Of a stretch of DNA of 64,000 bases, positions 58,837 to 64,000 are shown in pieces. A program made the position numbers and the translations under genes. Below the pieces are notes generated by a model, which saw only the letters and a program-made list of their open reading frames with translations, did not search any database and was not told where the DNA came from. Source of the stretch: Candidatus Bathyarchaeia archaeon (lineage in GTDB: Archaea; Thermoproteota; Bathyarchaeia; 40CM-2-53-6). Each line of letters begins with the position of its first letter. The first letter of the stretch is position 1. The stretch is from assembly GCA_049513715.1 (NCBI GenBank), contig JBEKVV010000001.1:352001-416000 (forward strand), in the 5' to 3' direction.

Positions 58837-58943
58837 GTCATATTACCAGCACACCAGTAATACAAAAACGTTTATTTTGAGCACTTCTGAACCTCACCCG
58901 TTCGCGTGCTTGATCAGGGCAAACGATTGAGGGCTTAATCCAA

Positions 58944-59414
58944 ATGGCTACTAGACTCAGGAAAGGTCGGCATCTTAGAGGGTCCCGAACGCATGGTTGG
59001 GGGACCTCAGGCCAGCACAGGGCAAGTGGAATGCGCGGAGGGTTCGGCAACACGGGCCGTTACCGGCACAAACGGTCTCGACTAATCAGGAACAAGGAAT
59101 TTGTCCACATGCACTATGTTGGCAAGAAGGGCTTCCGGTCTGTCGCTGAGAAGAGACATGTGGGTACGGCACTGAAGACGTTGAACCTTTGGCAGCTCTC
59201 TGACATCGTCAACAAGTTGGTTGATGCAAAGAAGGCGCAAATGGAGAATCAGAAAGTCATAGTGGACTTGAGCCAGATGGGTTACAAGAAGCTTCTTGGG
59301 CCTGGCTCAATTTCCCGAGCAGTACAAGTGAAAGTAGATCATTGTTCTGAAAGTGCGGTTAAGAAAATCAAAGAAGCCGGCGGCGACGCCGTTCTCCCTA
59401 AACCTGTCAAGTGA
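58944..59414 (+). CDS. rpl15: 50S ribosomal protein uL15
   Basis: RGSRTHGWG, GMRGG.G, KLLG. Confidence 0.96.
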   Translation: MATRLRKGRHLRGSRTHGWGTSGQHRASGMRGGFGNTGRYRHKRSRLIRNKEFVHMHYVGKKGFRSVAEKRHVGTALKTLNLWQLSDIVNKLVDAKKAQMENQKVIVDLSQMGYKKLLGPGSISRAVQVKVDHCSESAVKKIKEAGGDAVLPKPVK

Positions 59415-59420
59415 AGTTGA

Positions 59421-60842
59421 ATGGTCCGTTTCATAGAGCTCTTCAAACCCATAGCCAGGTTTTTCCCCGACATTAAATCGCCGGAACGGAAAGTAGGCTT
59501 CAACGAGAAAATCTTCTGGACCGCGATGGCGCTCATAATTTACTTCGTAATGTCCCAAGTGCCCCTCTATGGGATTGGGAATGCAGGCCTGAATGACCCC
59601 CTGGGGTCGTTGAGGGTGATTTTCGCTTCAAACCGTGGGACACTGATGGAGCTTGGTATAGGCCCCATCGTCACGGCCGGGTTGATTCTGCAGGTTTTGG
59701 CAGGGTCCAAGATGGTTAACATTGATATGACTAATCCCGAGGACCGTTCGCTCTTCACGAGCGCAAGCAAGATACTCTCAGTGGTTATGACGATCTTCGA
59801 AGCCTCAGCATACATAATCGGCGGCACTTACGGCACACTTGCGGTTACAACGGAAATGATCATCATGCTCCAACTTGTGGGAGCGGGAATTGTGGTTCTT
59901 TTACTCGACGAACTCTTGCAAAAGGGCTGGGGACTTGGCAGCGGTATCAGCCTCTTCATTGCCGCTGGTGTCGCCGCCTCTATCTGGTGGGATTCAGTCG
60001 CACCGATGGGCCCAATGTCAGACGGAAAATACCTCGGCGCATTGGTGGCCTTCGGGCAGGGCTTGGCGAACAGGAGTGGCTCCATTACGAGCATCTTCTA
60101 CAGAACGGGAGGGCTTCCTGACATGGTTGCCTTCACAACCACCCTCGGTGTATTCGCAATCATCATCTACTTCAACGGAATGCGTGTCGAGATTCCTGTT
60201 TCGTATGCAAGGTACCGTGGCTTTCGCGGAAAGTTCCCCCTGAAGCTCTTCTACGTTTCGAACATACCCGTAATCTTCGCGGCCGCCCTTTTCGGAAACA
60301 TCTACTTCATCTCGCAAATCCTATGGCAGCGCTACAACAGTAGCAACTCAAACTTCTGGTTCAACCTGTTAGGCCAGTTCACAACCCAAGGGAACCAATA
60401 CCAACCATCCGGCGGGCTAGTGTACTATGTGGTCCCACCTAGGAGCCTTTCCTTAGCCATGGCGGACCCGCTCAGAGACATAATCTACCTGGTACTGCTC
60501 GTGATGGGTTGTGTCTTCTTCGCAGTCACATGGGTTGAGGTCGGCGGCATGGATTCAAGGACAGTCGCCAAGCAATTGCTCGACTCGGGAATGCAGATTG
60601 AAGGCTTCAGGCGCTCAGAAGTCCCCATAAGGCAAATGCTTCAGCGATACATTCCAACCGTCACGATCCTCGGTGGGATACTAATCGGACTGATTGCGGG
60701 CACCGCAGATTTTCTTGGAGCCTTTGGCTCCGGAACAGGAATACTGCTCACAGTCGGCATAATCGAACAGTACTACCAAATTTTCGTGCAAGAGCGAATA
60801 ACCGAACTCTACCCTGCTGCCAAGGGCTTCTTGGGTGGGTAA
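59421..60842 (+). CDS. secY: preprotein translocase SecY
   Basis: GTLMELGIGPIVTAG, GSGISLFI, GSGTGILL. Confidence 0.98.
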   Translation: MVRFIELFKPIARFFPDIKSPERKVGFNEKIFWTAMALIIYFVMSQVPLYGIGNAGLNDPLGSLRVIFASNRGTLMELGIGPIVTAGLILQVLAGSKMVNIDMTNPEDRSLFTSASKILSVVMTIFEASAYIIGGTYGTLAVTTEMIIMLQLVGAGIVVLLLDELLQKGWGLGSGISLFIAAGVAASIWWDSVAPMGPMSDGKYLGALVAFGQGLANRSGSITSIFYRTGGLPDMVAFTTTLGVFAIIIYFNGMRVEIPVSYARYRGFRGKFPLKLFYVSNIPVIFAAALFGNIYFISQILWQRYNSSNSNFWFNLLGQFTTQGNQYQPSGGLVYYVVPPRSLSLAMADPLRDIIYLVLLVMGCVFFAVTWVEVGGMDSRTVAKQLLDSGMQIEGFRRSEVPIRQMLQRYIPTVTILGGILIGLIAGTADFLGAFGSGTGILLTVGIIEQYYQIFVQERITELYPAAKGFLGG

Positions 60843-60857
60843 GCTCTGGTAAAGACG

Positions 60858-61442
60858 GTGGTCGTAACCGGAATCCCCGGCGTCGGGAAAACCACCGTCC
60901 TCAACGAACTGCAAGAACTTGCGCGACAGAACAACTTCGACTTGGCGGTTTTGAACTTCGGAACCGTCATGACTGAAATAATGCGTGAGCTTGGGAAGAA
61001 TATGCACAGGGACGAAATGCGCCAACAAACCATCGAAGCCCAGAAGAAAACTCAAGACCTTGCGGCGCACGAGATCATGAACCGGGGAGGAGCGAGCCCA
61101 ATATTGATTGATACCCATATGTTCGTTCGGACGTCGTCGGGAATGTGGGCCGGACTGCCGCAGAACGTCCTCGACATAATCAAACCGCAATTGTTTGTAC
61201 TTATCGAGGCAAATCCCGAACACATCGCCGCGCGGCGCCGGGGTGATTTGGGCAGAAAGAGAGAACAGTCGTTGGCGGAGGAAATAGCGTTCGATTTGGA
61301 GTGGTCGAGGGCAACGGCTGCCGTCTCAGCAGTCGAAACGGGGGCACCTGTTAAGGTTATAAGAAATGATACAGGTAGGCAGAAGCAAGCGGCGCTGGAA
61401 CTGTTACAGGCGGTACGCAACTTAATGGAGATTCAAAAATGA
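60858..61442 (+). CDS. adkA: archaeal adenylate kinase
   Basis: TGIPGVGKTT, NFG, RDEMR, IDTH. Confidence 0.95.
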   Translation: MVVTGIPGVGKTTVLNELQELARQNNFDLAVLNFGTVMTEIMRELGKNMHRDEMRQQTIEAQKKTQDLAAHEIMNRGGASPILIDTHMFVRTSSGMWAGLPQNVLDIIKPQLFVLIEANPEHIAARRRGDLGRKREQSLAEEIAFDLEWSRATAAVSAVETGAPVKVIRNDTGRQKQAALELLQAVRNLMEIQK

Positions 61443-61978
61443 GCCTATGGGACGACCTCGTTAACTGGGTAAAGATTGCATTAACCCCCTACATAGGACA
61501 ACCACCTCATACGCCTGAGGCAACCCTCTTTACGATTGGACTCGCCGCGCTACTCGCATTGACCTCATCCACGGCCGCAAAGCTGCTAGTGGACTATGAC
61601 ATGGTGAAGACTTCCATGCGTGAGTTTCAGGCTTGGCGAAAACAACTAGATGCCGCCAAGAAAGCCAACGACAACCAGACAGTCTCAAAACTCATGAAGA
61701 AGCAGCAAGCCATGACGAAAGCCCAGGCCAAGGCAAGCATGGAGCAATTCAAAGTCACCGCAGTGACTTTTGTTCCATTCCTTCTTCTCTGGTACATCAT
61801 GCAGGCAGTGATGAGTGTGCCTGGAGGAGTAGTCTACGTAGCCTATTCGCCCTTCCCGCTGCCGCTGATCGGAGGCGACGGCATGAAAATGGTCTTTTGG
61901 CAATGGTATTTCCTATCCTCATTCGGGATCAATTTCCCAATGATGAGGCTTTTCGGCATAGGAATGGGTGAAAATTAG
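61439..61978 (+). CDS. EMC3/TMCO1 (DUF106, Oxa1 superfamily) membrane protein
   Basis: TM-coiled coil-TM, WYFLSS; conserved position after adk. Confidence 0.88.
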   Translation: MSLWDDLVNWVKIALTPYIGQPPHTPEATLFTIGLAALLALTSSTAAKLLVDYDMVKTSMREFQAWRKQLDAAKKANDNQTVSKLMKKQQAMTKAQAKASMEQFKVTAVTFVPFLLLWYIMQAVMSVPGGVVYVAYSPFPLPLIGGDGMKMVFWQWYFLSSFGINFPMMRLFGIGMGEN

Positions 61979-62239
61979 GTGCCAAAGCGTTCTCTACGAA
62001 GCCGGACCATGAAACGGAAAACCATCCGTTTTCCAGGAGGAAGGTCGTCAACGCACTACTGGAGGAGTAGGCATGGTGGCGGCAATTGCACGTCTTGCGG
62101 AGTACCACTACGTGGCGTGCCTTCGGGTTCAAAACACGGTGTTGCAAAATCGTCGAGGCGACCGTCAAGAGCGTTCGGCGGTTTCCTGTGCGCCAATTGC
62201 CTTAAGGAAAGAGTCCGGCACCAGGCCAGAGTCGGATAG
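61979..62239 (+). CDS. rpl34e: 50S ribosomal protein eL34
   Basis: PGGR, CTSCG.PLRGV, RPSRAFGG.LC. Confidence 0.93.
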   Translation: MPKRSLRSRTMKRKTIRFPGGRSSTHYWRSRHGGGNCTSCGVPLRGVPSGSKHGVAKSSRRPSRAFGGFLCANCLKERVRHQARVG

Positions 62240-62247
62240 GGTTCTCC

Positions 62248-62820
62248 TTGCCGGGGCCCGTGATCACCGTCGGTGGCCCCCATGGAACAGGCAAATCCAC
62301 TTACGCCCGGGCACTGGCTGAAGCACTAGAACTACGGTACGTGTGCGCCGGAGAACTCTTCCGAGAGCTAGCGAAAGAAAAAAAGATGAGCCTCGAAGAC
62401 TTCAACGCCTTAGCAGCCGAAGACCCAACCATTGACAGAATAATCGATGAAAGGACCAAGACAGAGGCTAAGCAGGGAGGGGTAGTCGTTGACGCCCAAC
62501 TCGCCGCATGGATGGTGAAAGACCTCGCAACACTGAAACTTCTTCTGACCGCGCCGGACAATGTGAGGTTCAAGCGAATCGCGGACCGAGATCGAACAAC
62601 ATTGGCTGTGGCCCGTAAGGAAACCTTGACCCGTGAGTCGATTCAGAGACACCGATACAACGAGTACTATGGGATAAACACTGATGACCTGACCATATAC
62701 GACCTCAAGATTGACACAAGCCTTTACCCCAAAGAAAAGACAAAACACGTCGTCATTGACTCGGTCCGGAAGGCTCTGGACGGAATTAACGAAGGAAAGC
62801 CTGGGCATCAAATCGGTTAG
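62248..62820 (+). CDS. cmk: cytidylate kinase
   Basis: GPHGTGKST, AGELFR, RY.EYYGI. Confidence 0.93.
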   Translation: MPGPVITVGGPHGTGKSTYARALAEALELRYVCAGELFRELAKEKKMSLEDFNALAAEDPTIDRIIDERTKTEAKQGGVVVDAQLAAWMVKDLATLKLLLTAPDNVRFKRIADRDRTTLAVARKETLTRESIQRHRYNEYYGINTDDLTIYDLKIDTSLYPKEKTKHVVIDSVRKALDGINEGKPGHQIG

Positions 62821-62872
62821 ACTTAATTAGTGCGCGGAATTCTAAGGCGGCAGACTACCCGCGTGATAAAAG

Positions 62873-63169
62873 ATGCCAAGCATAGAAGTTGGAAGAATCT
62901 GCGTCAAGCTATTGGGCCGGGAAACCGGAAAGAAATGCGTAGTTGTAGATATGGTCGACAAGAACTTCGCCCTAGTCACAGGGCCGAAGGGCGTGACGGG
63001 AGTTAGGCGAAGAAGAACCAATGTGGACCACTTGGAACCGACACCTGAGATGGTGGAATTGAAGAAAGGCGCGCCAGACGACGAAGTCGAAAAGGCCTTA
63101 ACCAAAGCGAAGAAAACGAAATTCATGAAAGAAGACGCACTGCCCGCACAACAAGCCATCGCAAGCTGA
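62873..63169 (+). CDS. rpl14e: 50S ribosomal protein eL14
   Basis: IEVGRICVK..GRE, VTGP. Confidence 0.96.
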   Translation: MPSIEVGRICVKLLGRETGKKCVVVDMVDKNFALVTGPKGVTGVRRRRTNVDHLEPTPEMVELKKGAPDDEVEKALTKAKKTKFMKEDALPAQQAIAS

Positions 63170-63297
63170 TTACAAGAAGCCCCCTCTGAATTTGCGGGGC
63201 CTCGCCGCTCCCGACGAATTTACCCTTTTCAAGAAAGTCGACTTCTTCTACTTAATAGCCGGAAAACCCCTTCAAGCCAGTGCGAGGTGAGCAGAGA

Positions 63298-64000
63298 TTG
63301 CAGACTGCGTTGCCGTGGACGATTACAAGGGAACTCGTCACGAAGGTAGATGATGATTCTACTGACGCGAGGTATGGTTGTCGACCTGAGAGCAGAACGA
63401 TCTCACAGCAAATCAAATACGGAATCATAAATCTCGACAAACCTGGAGGGCCCTCAAGCCACGAAGTAGTTGCGTGGATCAAGCGCATGATGAAGCTGTC
63501 GCACGCCGGTCACGGTGGAACCCTAGAGACAGTAATGTCGGGGTAATCCGAAAGTCACCGGCGTACTTCCAGTGGCGCTCGAAGACGCAACAAAAGTCGT
63601 GCAAGGCTTTCTCTACTCGGGAAAGCAGTACGTTTGCGTTATGCAAGTGCATGCGGACGTGCCCGAGCAGACCCTCCGCAAAGTCCTAAGCGAATTCGAA
63701 GGCGAGATCTACCAAAAGCCACCTCTCAGGGCCTCGGTGAAAAGAGAACCAAGAAAACGCTACATCTACCGACTAGAAGTGCATGAAATCGACGGCCGTC
63801 AAGTCCTCTTCACGTGCTCATGCCAAGCGGGGACTTACATCAGAAAACTCTGTTCAGACATTGGCGAAGTACTTGCGTGTGGAGCCCACATGCGCGAACT
63901 CAGAAGAACACGCGCAGGCCCGCTTTCGGAAAATGATGGAATAGTGACTATGCACGAGCTCAGCGCAGCCCAATCTGAATTCGAGGCCGGCAACGACGCA
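63298..64000 (+). CDS. cbf5: H/ACA pseudouridine synthase Cbf5, intron-containing, runs off the window end
   Basis: DKPGGPSSHEV…GHGGTL; removing 63527-63545 restores GTLDPKVTGVLP and an open frame. Confidence 0.95.
63527..63545 (+). other. 19-nt BHB intron in cbf5 pre-mRNA
   Basis: CCCT-AG|A-GACA GTAA TGTC-GGGG-TA|A; interrupts the catalytic Asp codon. Confidence 0.9.

Larger units (their letters stand above)
54643..58878. mobile_element. integrated element 2 (~4.2 kb)
   Basis: 13-bp direct repeat AAACGTTTATTTT at 54643-54655 and 58866-58878 with further degenerate similarity; terminal tyrosine recombinase. Confidence 0.75.

Noticed and set aside
63280..63546. cbf5 as a truncated pseudogene
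   Set aside because: A 19-nt BHB intron explains the stop codon and frameshift.

Overview
Archaeal chromosome segment, most likely a Thermoproteota/TACK lineage such as Bathyarchaeia. That assignment is inferred from the stand-alone 5S rRNA, single-OB SSB, intron-containing cbf5, PolB3-type polymerase and eL14/eL34. Most of the window is housekeeping: aRF1, SHMT, PolB, DnaG, several aminoacyl-tRNA synthetases, thiolase/DUF35, MetK, and a fragmented S10/spc ribosomal-protein cluster running through secY-adk-cmk-cbf5. Three things stand out. (1) A minus-strand tRNA-Trp(CCA) gene (20218-20443) is split into six exons by five bulge-helix-bulge (BHB) introns, one carrying a box C/D-like guide. A two-intron tRNA-Ser(UGA) and a 19-nt BHB intron in cbf5 are also present. 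(2) Two related integrated elements (about 10.3 kb at 22478-32751 and about 4.2 kb at 54643-58878) are bounded by direct repeats in or next to host TATA promoters. Both encode tyrosine recombinases lacking the first canonical Arg. The larger one carries Cdc6, zinc-finger micro-ORFs, a TerS-like/coiled-coil cluster and a tail-hub-like protein but no recognisable capsid, so it looks like a virus satellite. (3) The PolB lacks its proofreading motifs, and an unexplained ~157-nt structured element lies between pheT and tyrS. All calls are by eye; no searches were run.
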